From contig CAWHCF010000017.1 of NCBI GenBank assembly GCA_963827655.1, positions 32,001-96,000 of the forward strand: 64,000 nt of DNA. The letters run 5' to 3'. Source of the stretch: an uncultured Acidobacteriota bacterium. GTDB lineage: Bacteria; Acidobacteriota; UBA6911. A program made the translations under genes and the position numbers. The notes below the pieces were generated by a model. That model was not told the origin of the DNA. It ran no database searches and saw nothing but the letters and a program-made list of their open reading frames with translations. Positions 50,881 through 60,095 of the stretch are shown piece after piece (position 1 is the first letter of the stretch; each line of letters begins with the position of its first letter).

Positions 50881-51367
50881 GCCTGAACCTCAGTGAGACT
50901 GACCCGTAGCATTATAGATTGGTTCTCGACAACACGCCACCCAGCGGCATGCGATTCACGGTGCTTCCGTCATCAATTGTTGGTATGCCGCCAGACGCAT
51001 CCGCGTCTCAAAGACAATGACGAAGGCGGGTGCTTGTCCGAACGCGACTCTCTTTGATGTCCAGAGAACCATCGGCAACGGGAAGCTCTCCCTTAACGCC
51101 AGCCGTATCAACGATATGTACCGCGTGTACAGCCGCAGAATCCTTGACTTTTTCCGAGCAGTTGGAGCTGTGAAGACATCTCTTCCCGCCGCATTGATGC
51201 TGTTGAGAGTTTTTGTGACGTTCTCTGTGGCGTAACTCTGGTTAGACTACCCAGTGTAACGCACTGAAACACAGTGATACAGATTTACGACGATAGTGCT
51301 GAAACCCGTGTCAGTCGCGGGTTCCGGCACCATCGGTTACGCTTAGTAGCGCGTCACTTTTAGAACT

Positions 51368-51412
51368 TTTTAAGCAGAGAGTCGCTGGTTCGAGTCCAGC
51401 ACGGCTCACCAG
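51368..51412 (+). repeat. att-like direct repeat of the tRNA-Lys 3' half
   Basis: TTTTAAGCAGAGAGTCGCTGGTTCGAGTCCAGCACGGCTCACCAG matches 46131-46175 with one mismatch. Confidence 0.92.
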
Positions 51413-51552
51413 CCTTCATTCGGGGTTTCGCCTTCCGCAGCTAGCGCAAGGACGCACGCCGGAAATGGAACAGGCTGGGCGATCAACTTCGCTGAAAGAA
51501 TCGTCCCACCATCCCCATGACGTCACGATGCGAACGGAACGGCCAGCGCCCG

Positions 51553-52563
51553 CTACTTCGGGGCCGGACTTTCGCGGCGCGCCGCAATCGAGCGCTTGTC
51601 GGCGGCTTGCAGGACGAGCGTGCCGTCCGGCCGGATCTCGAAGCGTTGCACGCCCCGCAGGATGCCGAGGAATGCCTGCTCCTGCTTCATCAGCGGAGTT
51701 GCGCACGCTTTCATCGTCCCGATCGTTTGGCCGATGGTCAAGTTCTCTCCCGCGATCTTGTAACTCCCGCTGTACGAGTTGCAGGAGGAACTGCCCGACA
51801 CACGGCCGTCCTGGCCGAAGCTCAGGGTGACGCGCGACTTCTCCACCGGCGCGGTGCCGTTGATGTCATGGACGACCCAGGTCCCGCCCTGTAGCTGCTG
51901 CGCACCCGCATCCACCGGCGTACACTCCGGATAAGTTTTCCCCTTCACAACCAGCGTGCCGTTACGGCCCTTGTTCCAGAACGAAGTCGTGGGATCGCCG
52001 GCAACCTCGAACTTGGCGCCGGAGGCAGCTTTCACTTGCTTCATCTCGTAAGTCTGGCCGCCCACGATCACGCGCGCGATGTCCCGATCGAAGCTCACGG
52101 AGATCCGCTCGGAGCCGCACATGAGCGTGGTCTTCAACGGCTCCGCCCGGACCTGAGTAAGCCGGATCATGCCGACGTCGACCGAGGGTGCGGCGGAATC
52201 GACGGCGATGTCCTTGGAAGCCCACATCGGCCGGCCACCTGACACAATGGCGCCTCTGACGACGTAGCGCTTTCCGGACGAGAGTTTCGCGCGATCAACG
52301 GACAGCTGGAAGGGTACCGGGACCTGCCGGCCCTCGAGGTCGATGCGCTGCTCCGCGACCGCCGGGGTGCCCTCGGGCGCCGCAGCGTCGCGCAACTCAA
52401 CGACCGCGCGGCTGTCTGGCGGGAGCGCGATGCGCGCTAAATAGGTGAGCGAGCCTTTGATGATCAGAGGCTGGTTCTGCTGGGCCACGGCGTTCGCGGG
52501 CACGCCCACGAGCGCCGCCCACCCCGCGAAAGACGTCACGACACCAGTAATGACACGGAACAT
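51553..52563 (-). CDS. YbaY-like plus MliC plus META domain exported protein
   Basis: TYLARIALPP (YbaY), AASGAKF...FWNKG (MliC) and GSSSCNSY...TMKAC (META). Confidence 0.87.
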   Translation of the reverse strand: MFRVITGVVTSFAGWAALVGVPANAVAQQNQPLIIKGSLTYLARIALPPDSRAVVELRDAAAPEGTPAVAEQRIDLEGRQVPVPFQLSVDRAKLSSGKRYVVRGAIVSGGRPMWASKDIAVDSAAPSVDVGMIRLTQVRAEPLKTTLMCGSERISVSFDRDIARVIVGGQTYEMKQVKAASGAKFEVAGDPTTSFWNKGRNGTLVVKGKTYPECTPVDAGAQQLQGGTWVVHDINGTAPVEKSRVTLSFGQDGRVSGSSSCNSYSGSYKIAGENLTIGQTIGTMKACATPLMKQEQAFLGILRGVQRFEIRPDGTLVLQAADKRSIAARRESPAPK

Positions 52564-53012
52564 GGCGTTCCTCCCTAGTGTGTGCTTCTCCCGACTCTAC
52601 GTCAGGCCGCGCGAACAATGCAATCCGAAATACCGAGGCGAGTGCGGCAGGCGAGACGGCGGACCATTTTCTGTTGGCCGCGCAGTCTGGTCACCCTGCA
52701 GGATCGCGCCTTTCCGGCTGCGGCCTGCAGGCCCGCCGGCGTTGTGACTCGCCCTCTCGTACCGCTCCAGGTCGGCATCGTCGCAGCACCGCGCCAGAGA
52801 TCCCAGTGCGAGAGCGGTAGAATGCGGACTTATTCCTGCGCAGTCGCCCGACCTTCCTGACGTTCAAATCCCTTGAAATTCGGCACCCCGGTCCGTAGTA
52901 TTCAGGCTCCGGGCGGTACGCGTGGGACTTGGACCAATGCTTTCGAGAAGCCTCAGGCAACCATGCGGAGAACCAGCAACCCGTCACCTCCGCTAATGCT
53001 GCTTTCGCATCC

Positions 53013-53089
53013 GTCCCCATCGTCTAGTCGGCCTAGGACACCGCGCTTTCAATGCGGCAACACGGGTTCGAATCCCGTTGGGGACGCCA
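53013..53089 (+). tRNA. tRNA-Glu(TTC)
   Basis: GTCCCCA/TGGGGAC acceptor stem, CCGCG-CTTTCAA-TGCGG anticodon arm, GGTTCGAATCC T-arm, CCA end. Confidence 0.96.
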
Positions 53090-54556
53090 GTTCTCGAATT
53101 TGTCTTTCCGCGCCAGGATGTCGAAGGGCTTATGGTATGTGGGACAAAGACTTCCGCGCGCGAAGGCGCAGTTCGATAGCAGGGTATTAAGCAGTCTTCG
53201 TCTTTCGGGGTGGTCCTGCCGTAAGTACAACTGGTGGGCTTTCTTGGCCAGTTCTAGAATACTGATGCCAAGCTCGTAATTCTTCTTAGTGGCATTTTCG
53301 TAGCGGGCCATCGAGAGCCTGATTTCCCTGAGTTCGCTCTGCCATTGTCTGGACTTCCTGGTCCAGAATTCCTCATCGATCTTTCCCGCTAGCTTATCGT
53401 CGTAGGCCCGATCCAATCGCTCCTGAACTGCTGCGTACTGAGTGTGGAGCTTCTCGATGGCCTCCCTATGGAATTTCTCTATGTCCCGGTGACTTTCCTG
53501 GAGGGCAACGCCAATCTTCGCCGCTAGATCGTCGGGGATCTCGATGGCTCGAACGATCTCACCAAGAAGATTCGACAGTCTGTCTTCGCGTATGTACGTG
53601 TTACCGCACTGCCCCTTGAATCCTGTGCAGTGGTAATAGACATAGCGGCTCTTCTTCTCTTCGGCGGTCATCGAGCAGCCGCAAAGCCCGCAGGTCAAAA
53701 GCCCAGAGAATGCGAAACTCCGCTTCGTTGCGCGAGGGCGACTTGAGCTCTTGAACACTTCCTGAACCGTGTCGAAAAGCTCCCTGGAAATAATGGGCGT
53801 GTGCTTGCCAGCGTGGATTCTACCTTTCCAGACAAACTCGCCGCAGTAAATCGGGTTATGCAAGATTCTGTGGATCTCAGATTTCGCCAGCCGTTTACCG
53901 GATCTGTGATGGAGAAGCCCAGAATTGCCGGCGATTTGCACTATTTGTTTGAGCGAATAGCTGCCGCTTGCGTAGGCCTCAAACATCTTGGCGATCAGTG
54001 GTGCTTTCTTGGGATCAACCTCAATCACTCTGGTCTCCCGGTTGTTGACGTATCCTATCGGGGCGTAGCTGGGCCAATGTCCCTGCTCGGCCTTCTCACG
54101 CATTCCCTTGCTCGTCTCTTCCGACAGGTTGTCCAGAAAGTTTTTCGCAATCAACACCTTCAGCCCGTGCATGAGCTTCTCTGAGGAGCGCGACGTGGGA
54201 GAAATGATTGAGTTCTCTTTAACGAGCCTGACCTCGAGTCCAAGCTCATCAATGATCACATAGTCTTTGAAGTTTCGGTAAAGTCTGTCGGTCTTTTCCA
54301 CAAGGATGATCCGACAGCCTGGATTCCGCCTTAGGAATGAAACCATTTTGCCGAAGGCAGTCCGACCTGACTGTTTGGCGGTCTCAACATCCACGAATTC
54401 CTCTAGAACGTTCAGGCTGTGATCGTCTGCATAAGCGAGCAGGAGCTTGAGCTGCGCAGGGATAGAGAAGCCCTCTTTCTCCTGCTCTTTGGAGGAGACC
54501 CGCGCATAAAGGACCGCCTTCATGCGCCCCTTATCGGAATGTTCGTTCTTTGGCAT
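53033..54556 (-). CDS. Large serine recombinase (resolvase, recombinase and zinc-ribbon domains)
   Basis: YARVSS, DRLYRN, APIGY, HTPIIS, CGLCG...YYHC and a coiled coil; the C-terminus reads antisense through tRNA-Glu. Confidence 0.94.
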   Translation of the reverse strand: MPKNEHSDKGRMKAVLYARVSSKEQEKEGFSIPAQLKLLLAYADDHSLNVLEEFVDVETAKQSGRTAFGKMVSFLRRNPGCRIILVEKTDRLYRNFKDYVIIDELGLEVRLVKENSIISPTSRSSEKLMHGLKVLIAKNFLDNLSEETSKGMREKAEQGHWPSYAPIGYVNNRETRVIEVDPKKAPLIAKMFEAYASGSYSLKQIVQIAGNSGLLHHRSGKRLAKSEIHRILHNPIYCGEFVWKGRIHAGKHTPIISRELFDTVQEVFKSSSRPRATKRSFAFSGLLTCGLCGCSMTAEEKKSRYVYYHCTGFKGQCGNTYIREDRLSNLLGEIVRAIEIPDDLAAKIGVALQESHRDIEKFHREAIEKLHTQYAAVQERLDRAYDDKLAGKIDEEFWTRKSRQWQSELREIRLSMARYENATKKNYELGISILELAKKAHQLYLRQDHPERRRLLNTLLSNCAFARGSLCPTYHKPFDILARKDKFENWRPQRDSNPCCRIESAVS

Positions 54557-54574
54557 GTTGGTCCTAAAGGGACT

Positions 54575-54817
54575 TCAAGGTTTGCGGCTAGAGCTTTGAG
54601 AGTAATCTATCATCAACGTTGGGGCATCGCGCAAGATTTTTTGGGGATCTGGAGTCGTCGGCAGTGGCGGAGTTTTCCTTTCTCTCTCATGCCATTCATA
54701 GAGCACTCGAAAGAACCCAATCAAATTGGGAGTGATGGTGAGCTCTGGTCCAGCTTCGGGGAGATCCGTCTGCCAGTTCGCAACTGATTTCTTCTGATCT
54801 GATTGGCTGACTTTCAC
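54575..54817 (-). CDS. Small hypothetical protein upstream of the recombinase
   Basis: 80 aa containing NLIGFFRVLYEW; co-oriented and 18 bp from the recombinase ORF. Confidence 0.55.
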   Translation of the reverse strand: MKVSQSDQKKSVANWQTDLPEAGPELTITPNLIGFFRVLYEWHERERKTPPLPTTPDPQKILRDAPTLMIDYSQSSSRKP

Positions 54818-54893
54818 GAGGTTTTCCAGCGATCAGAGCTTCTCGTTTGCAGTAGCTGAGGCTGCTCCGTATTGAACTCCACGTGCTTCGAGT

Positions 54894-55187
54894 TCATACG
54901 GCGGCACAGATCCCCTTCAACTCGATCTCAAAGCCGAACGGGGAGAGATCGTGGTCATGGACCATATGAGCGTGCATTCGAAAGGAGCGTAGACGGTTTC
55001 GAATCTCCGGCCGCTCCCGGATTCGCTCCTTCAGCAGGTCCAGATTGATGGCGCACTCGTCAATCAGAACTAACTGAAGTAAGTCGTTATCGCGAGGAAA
55101 TGGTTTCCAGATCCACGCCGCCGTCCACACTGCGGATGCCACGCAGTAGCTGACGAAAGACTTACCCTCGATGACGCGCCGTAACAC
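54894..55187 (-). pseudogene. Possible truncated coupling-protein (VirD4-like) N-terminus
   Basis: MLRRVIEGKSFVSYCVASAVWTAAWIWKPFPRDNDLLQLVLI resembles, from recall, the transmembrane start of acidobacterial coupling proteins; no ATPase domain follows. Confidence 0.4.
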
Positions 55188-55200
55188 CTTTGTCTTTTTC

Positions 55201-55467
55201 TCACTCGATCGTGGACTCGGAACTCACGGCTCCTTCGGTCTGGTGGTGCGGTGCTCTCTTGCCTGTGGTCCTGTTGCGCTTGAGCCAGGCCTGAAATTCC
55301 TTGTCTCGACCGAAGGTATAGCGAAGCGCCTGCTCGACTACATAGTGCTGGCCGCTATCTATAAACTCACAGTAACTCCGAAGCAGATCGCCCACGGCAG
55401 GATCGATCCGTATGTTGAGCTGGTCCTTCTTCTCAACCGGAGGTTCCTTTGTAATCAGAGCCACCAC
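55201..55467 (-). CDS. Small ribbon-helix-helix-like DNA-binding protein
   Basis: GAGGAG RBS before GTG; DQLNIRIDPAVGDLLRSYCEF...YVVEQALRYTF beta-alpha-alpha pattern. Confidence 0.6.
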   Translation of the reverse strand: MVALITKEPPVEKKDQLNIRIDPAVGDLLRSYCEFIDSGQHYVVEQALRYTFGRDKEFQAWLKRNRTTGKRAPHHQTEGAVSSESTIE

Positions 55468-55503
55468 TTTCTCCTCGACTTGCTGGTGCCTGTAATCGCA
55501 TTT

Positions 55504-55583
55504 TGCTAGCAGCGATTGCCTCATCTCTGCTAGCAAGCTTTCGCGAAACCGTGCTAGCAAGGAATCCCGTAAGTCTGCTAGCA
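55504..55583. repeat. Four TGCTAGCA palindromes with exact 24-bp period
   Basis: Copies start at 55504, 55528, 55552 and 55576; the 16-bp spacers are non-identical. Confidence 0.9.
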
Positions 55584-55598
55584 AGATTCTCTCGTCTT

Positions 55599-55720
55599 GG
55601 GTCAAGGGACGGGCGGGAGCGACCCCCGGGAGTTCGAAGCAAAGCTTCAGAACGATCCGAGGGGTTTTGGGCGGCCCAGCCGCACAAAAACCGGGGTCGC
55701 TCCCGCCCGTCCCTTGACCC
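55599..55720. repeat. Perfect 28-bp inverted repeat enclosing two hairpins
   Basis: GGGTCAAGGGACGGGCGGGAGCGACCCC (55599-55626) and its reverse complement (55693-55720). Confidence 0.88.
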
Positions 55721-55842
55721 CGCGGCCCGCCCAGATCGGACTTGACGGCTTGTGAAGTCATTGTGAGAGCTTTGATTAGTATCGGGCGGGCACAGAACCA
55801 CGAGCCAGAACATTGACCTGAACATCCAATGCGTTGGATGGT

Positions 55843-56770
55843 TCAGGCTTCTTCCGCCCAATCTGAGGTATTTCTGGCAGACGTACCAAAAAGGTCATAG
55901 TTTTCATCGAGCTTGTAGGTCAGAAAGTCCGCTGTGAGGGCACCAGAGCGATCGCTTCTTGGGAACAAAACAGCGATCACATGCACACCAGGGAGGTCGT
56001 CTTTCCTTTCGTCCGAAGGATTGAAAAAGCCGCGACACGAAAGGTTTTCTCGGCGGTAGGAAGTGCCTTTGTTCGTCGCGACGTGCACGATTCGGACTCC
56101 GCCGAGCGCGTCAAAAGGTTTGGTACTGCTTCAAAAAGTCTGAAATCCTGAAGTGGAAACGACACCCTCAGCGACGCAGCAAAAGGAGACCACAGGAGCT
56201 GAGAGCGACAATAAGTTCGGCCGGAATGAAGATCGGAACCTTGTCGAGAAATGAGATCGCGGATTGGACGCCGCTTGAGCGATAGATCTTGGTGGGATTA
56301 TCGATTCCGATGCCGCGCTCGCCCGTGAAATAGGCGATTTTTTCCTCCTCTTCTTGGTCCAGAAAGCGCTTCCGATTCGCGAGAACGAAGTCAGTGCCAT
56401 CAGTTTGGCCTTCGCAACAAGCGCCGGTCGCGTGCGTCTGGGCGGTTGTTCGCTTGACCAATGGCACCGTAGAAGGACTGGGAGCATTGGTGGTAAACAA
56501 GGCTTTGCGTCGCCACCTGTACATTGGCCGTGGTCCTGGCCAGGATTTTCTCCACAAGTACGTCGTCACGTCAGCCGGTTTCTTACCGCGGAACTGGCAA
56601 TACTGGCGCAGGACGAAGTAGCCGCTATGAGCCGTCGCCAGACAGAGAAACACAGCTTCTCGGTCTGTGTGTAGCCCAGGGACTGGAGTGCTGCGATGCG
56701 TTCCTGGTGTGTCACGATAGCGAGAGGATTCCCGGCGGTTTAATGCGGCATAAAAGTCAGGCAGACGCAC
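55843..56770 (-). pseudogene. Fragmented plasmid/ICE replication- or relaxation-type protein
   Basis: Collinear pieces in different frames: REAVFLCLATAHSGYFVLRQY / KAKLMAL / DFVLANRKRFL...EKIAYF...KIYR...FLDKVPIF / EGVVSTSGFQTF. Family assignment is from recall only. Confidence 0.5.
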
Positions 56771-57010
56771 CCTGCGAAATAAGACGAGCGGCGCCTTGAT
56801 CGCGACTCTGCAGCTTTATATTAGTAACGAAAAATGGGTAAATGTAACACGAGGGGTCAAAAAAACCCGAGACTGTAGTGCGGGCATCCTTGAGTCTTGA
56901 CGTTTCTCGCGGGAGTTCGACGAAATGAAACACACTCAGAATAAATATTCCGAGCACGCTGATGGCCGAGGTTTTAGGACGGACGAAATCTGTCGCCTTG
57001 CTCTCAAATC

Positions 57011-57349
57011 CTATCGGGTCGATCGAGTAGTTGTTTTCAGCTCTTTCGTGTTTGTCGTGCGGAAAGCTGATCGAATTGGATAGTGCGACGGATCGTCGAA
57101 ACGAAAAACCAGAGACGAATCGGAACGTTGGTAATGACAGCTGTACATAAGGCGTATGGGTCTTGGTTCTGCGTCCACGAGTTCGCGGAAGTGAAGGTGT
57201 GAGTTGTCGAGGAAGTAAATGTTTCCTCGGATTAGTCCTGCATCGGGGCTGCGCTTGTCGAGTGCTTCGTTGTACGAGCTGACGTAGGAAGATTCGCCGA
57301 GGGCTTCCAGCAAGCGTGAAATATAGTCTTCAATGGACAATCTGGGCCC
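57011..57349 (-). CDS. DUF6516/TumE-like toxin, possibly degenerate
   Basis: LHFRE...MYSCHYQRSDSSLVFRFDDPSHYP; start uncertain. Confidence 0.65.
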   Translation of the reverse strand, partial: GPRLSIEDYISRLLEALGESSYVSSYNEALDKRSPDAGLIRGNIYFLDNSHLHFRELVDAEPRPIRLMYSCHYQRSDSSLVFRFDDPSHYPIRSAFRTTNTKELKTTTRSTR

Positions 57350-57474
57350 CATGAAGAGTTTCGTACTTTTTCCTGAGTACGGGTGTTCCTGGCGAATTCC
57401 GAATTTGCCGTCATTTCCATCCACGTGTCCAGGGCGAATTGTCGCAATCCTTCGATTTTCTGATCTTCAACGCG

Positions 57475-57777
57475 GCATACGATTGCGGAACGGATCAGTC
57501 GGCCGGGGGCGCATGAGGAGAGCACACAAGCCGGCGACGACGCGATCGCAGACGCGCAGATTGGGTGAACGGTGTCGGGAACGATTCAGGATCAGGAGTT
57601 GCTGCTTGACCAGAACAGATTCGGCGACCACAGAACGTGCGCCGCCGGGACCCGCGAGTCGGGCAATCGTCGTAATGAGATGGATGAAAGTACAGCTAGA
57701 TCACGCATGAGAGAGCATCGTAACAGATCGCGAAATCCAAGAAATGCCCTAAAACTAGCAATTCGCCACCGACAAGA
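57475..57777 (-). pseudogene. N-terminal remnant and end of an integrase-core IS/transposase
   Basis: MRDLAVL/IHLITTIARLAGPGGARSVVAESVLVKQQLLILNRSRHRSPNL...VAGLCALLMRP/GRLIRSAIV, with frameshifts, then truncated. Confidence 0.65.
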
Positions 57778-58019
57778 TCCGCAGCGCGGCTCTTCAGGTA
57801 CGTCACCGGTCGAATATCTTTCCTTAGATGCCCATGCATGGATCCTCGGCCCGAATTCGGTACCGAATTCGGACCGATTGCAAGCTTTCTGCCGTCCGCG
57901 AGAATTCGGTTGTTTCAGTCAGGCCGCTGCAAAGGTACTGCGGGCCCCGGCAGGACAACGCTCCAGGGTGCGACCGCGTTCCCCGGGCCGACAGCCTGGC
58001 CGCCCGGCGGCACGTTCAT

Positions 58020-59153
58020 CTACGGGCATACGGTGGTGCCGCGGCTCAGGACAGTCTTATCGCATTTTATTGTCCCGATGGCTACCCCATCAAAAGTCAC
58101 CCGGGTCCCAAAGCCGAGGTCCACATCGGTGCCATTGCGTGTGATGGCAGACGGGTTCGCTGGTATCGACACAAATGTCAGACTGTCGGCGGCATCCGCC
58201 AGCACTCCGGTGTCGCTATTGTTTCGCACGGTGAGCCCGCCAACGACGAGAGCCCCGGACCCCTGACCGAAGTTCAAGCCTATGGCGTTGTTCTCGATCA
58301 GGAACGTGCTGTTTCCAACAGGACTGACGAGTGTGCCGTCGACAACAAAGATCCCCGTCGGATTATTTGAGGCGCTGATTGTGCTGCGGGCGAACACCGT
58401 AAAGATTGAGCTGGCGATGACAATGCCGCCAGCACCGTTGTGGTGTGCGGTTATGCTGCTTCCCTGCGATGTCCCGAACCCGAAGATGGCCACCTGGCCG
58501 CTACCGGCAATCAAGCCGAATGCACCGTTGTTGCTTAATTGAACCGCCGCCCCGCGGATTTCCAGAGTCGACTGACCGTTGACCTCTATGCCGTTCCCCA
58601 CATTGTTAGTAATGTCGATCGCGTTCTTGAGGACGGCGCTGGAGCCTGTGAACACGTCCAGGCCGAAACCGTTGCGCCGCATTGTGCAACCGATAAGCTC
58701 GGCCGAGGAGCTGTCACCGACTGCAATACCTGTGGCGGCATTATCCTGCACGACGGTGTTGTGCACCGCAAAGGCCGCGCCGCGCATACCGAGAATCCCT
58801 TCTCCGGGACCGCGTTGTATGGTGAAGCCCTTAATAACCACGCCGCTAGCTCCATCTATGGTCACCACCCCGTCGAACTCGGTCGGCGCACCGCCACCTC
58901 CGTCGAGGATCGCGGCGCGTTGCCCGTCAAGCGTGATCCGGTCTGTAGTGATGGTCACTCTCTCACGGCAGGTGCCGCTGACGATGATCGTGTCGCCCGC
59001 TTCGGCTTTGCTCAGAGCCTCGGCGATCGTTTTCCCCGCGCCGCAATCTACAACTTTCATACCGGGGGCAGCGACGGCCTCTGCAGAGGAGGCTGCCGCG
59101 ACCAGCGCGATCATCAGCGCAAAAAGCTTCGTTCGTGCGTCTTGAGTTTTCAT
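58020..59153 (-). CDS. Secreted right-handed parallel beta-helix protein
   Basis: Signal peptide, GDTIIVSGTC and repeated xxNN/GIxV beta-helix turns. Confidence 0.82.
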   Translation of the reverse strand: MKTQDARTKLFALMIALVAAASSAEAVAAPGMKVVDCGAGKTIAEALSKAEAGDTIIVSGTCRERVTITTDRITLDGQRAAILDGGGGAPTEFDGVVTIDGASGVVIKGFTIQRGPGEGILGMRGAAFAVHNTVVQDNAATGIAVGDSSSAELIGCTMRRNGFGLDVFTGSSAVLKNAIDITNNVGNGIEVNGQSTLEIRGAAVQLSNNGAFGLIAGSGQVAIFGFGTSQGSSITAHHNGAGGIVIASSIFTVFARSTISASNNPTGIFVVDGTLVSPVGNSTFLIENNAIGLNFGQGSGALVVGGLTVRNNSDTGVLADAADSLTFVSIPANPSAITRNGTDVDLGFGTRVTFDGVAIGTIKCDKTVLSRGTTVCP

Positions 59154-59407
59154 GACTCTCTCCTTGGTCGGTTATCAATCATTTGCTGCAGCGGGGTAAT
59201 CACTCCTTCATTATTTGGCATGTTTGTATTCTCCTTTTGTTCTTTAACGGCACCTGAATGGGGCCAGAATGTTTCAACCATTTCTTCTCTCAAGCTCGCG
59301 CCGAATGTTGCAATCGACGCCTTCACTTTCATTAACGGAAATGGCGGCGAAAGAGGATCATGCAAATCAAGGATTCGATTACCAAATGCAACCAAGCGGC
59401 GCGCAAG

Positions 59408-59416
59408 TGGTATAAT
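59408..59416 (+). promoter_or_regulatory. Extended -10 promoter upstream of the ECF sigma gene
   Basis: TGGTATAAT (TGnTATAAT), 47 bp before the ATG. Confidence 0.6.
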
Positions 59417-59463
59417 GCTCGGCGTCTCAGCCTGAACTCATTGCACGAAAGGGGTGATCGCCC

Positions 59464-60030
59464 ATGACACCCTCGCCCCAAGAGATCTCGCAATTGCTCG
59501 TCGAGTGGAGTAACGGCGATCAGGCCGCGCACGACAAGCTGATGCCACTGGTCTACGACGAACTGCGCCGGATAGCGAAGCGTTACATGAGACGTCAACA
59601 TCCTAGCCACACGCTGCAAACCACCGCGCTCATCCATGAAGCGTACCTCCGGCTGGTGAATCAACGAGAGGCACACTGGCAGAACCGCACCCACTTCTTC
59701 GCCGTCGCGGCGCGTGTGATGCGCCAGATCTTGGTCGATCACGCCCGCTCTCGTCACAGCGCCAAGCGTGGGGCTGAGACACGCGCAATCGTTCCGGAGG
59801 AAGCTGCCGTCATTGCTCCGGAACGGGCCGCAGAGATGATCGCCCTCGACGAGGCGCTGCAGACGCTGACGGCCATCGACCGGCGTCAAGGCCGGATCGT
59901 GGAATTGCGGTACTTCGGCGGGCTGACCGTGGAAGAGACCGCCGAGATCCTCAAAATCTCGCCGATCACAGTCAAACGCGACTGGAGTCTGGCCAAAGCT
60001 TGGCTCCATCAAGAGCTCAAACTCAAATAG
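59464..60030 (+). CDS. Kinase-associated ECF sigma factor (TIGR02999-like)
   Basis: [45 protein letters not shown] and [10 protein letters not shown] motifs. Confidence 0.93.
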   Translation: MTPSPQEISQLLVEWSNGDQAAHDKLMPLVYDELRRIAKRYMRRQHPSHTLQTTALIHEAYLRLVNQREAHWQNRTHFFAVAARVMRQILVDHARSRHSAKRGAETRAIVPEEAAVIAPERAAEMIALDEALQTLTAIDRRQGRIVELRYFGGLTVEETAEILKISPITVKRDWSLAKAWLHQELKLK

Positions 60031-60095
60031 TCCCTTGTTGCTGATCCTTGTTCCTTTATCGGTTGCCACGGGCCATGGCCTGTGATCAAGAATCA

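Larger units (their letters stand above)
46176..51412. mobile_element. tRNA-Lys-anchored genomic islet (5.2 kb, no intact integrase)
   Basis: Bounded by tRNA-Lys and a 45-bp copy of its 3' half at 51368-51412. Confidence 0.8.
53090..57780. mobile_element. Decaying integrative/conjugative element at tRNA-Glu (right boundary unknown)
   Basis: Recombinase abutting the tRNA, conjugation- and replication-like remnants, structured intergenic region, toxin and IS fragments. No second att site seen. Confidence 0.65.

Noticed and set aside
46446-50886. Long + strand ORFs (451, 368 and 347 aa) and similar overlapping ORFs throughout the track
   Set aside because: Antisense shadows of well-supported genes in GC-rich DNA, with no recognisable motifs.
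51296-51333. tRNA-Phe-like 3' fragment ending GGCACCA
   Set aside because: It lacks a proper T-loop and arm spacing and is better explained as a simple hairpin.
52564-53012. Coding region between the META gene and tRNA-Glu
   Set aside because: Several short overlapping ORFs, none with a recognisable motif or clear RBS.
55504-55583. Mini CRISPR array
   Set aside because: The 8-bp repeats and 16-bp spacers are far too short, and there are no cas genes in the window.
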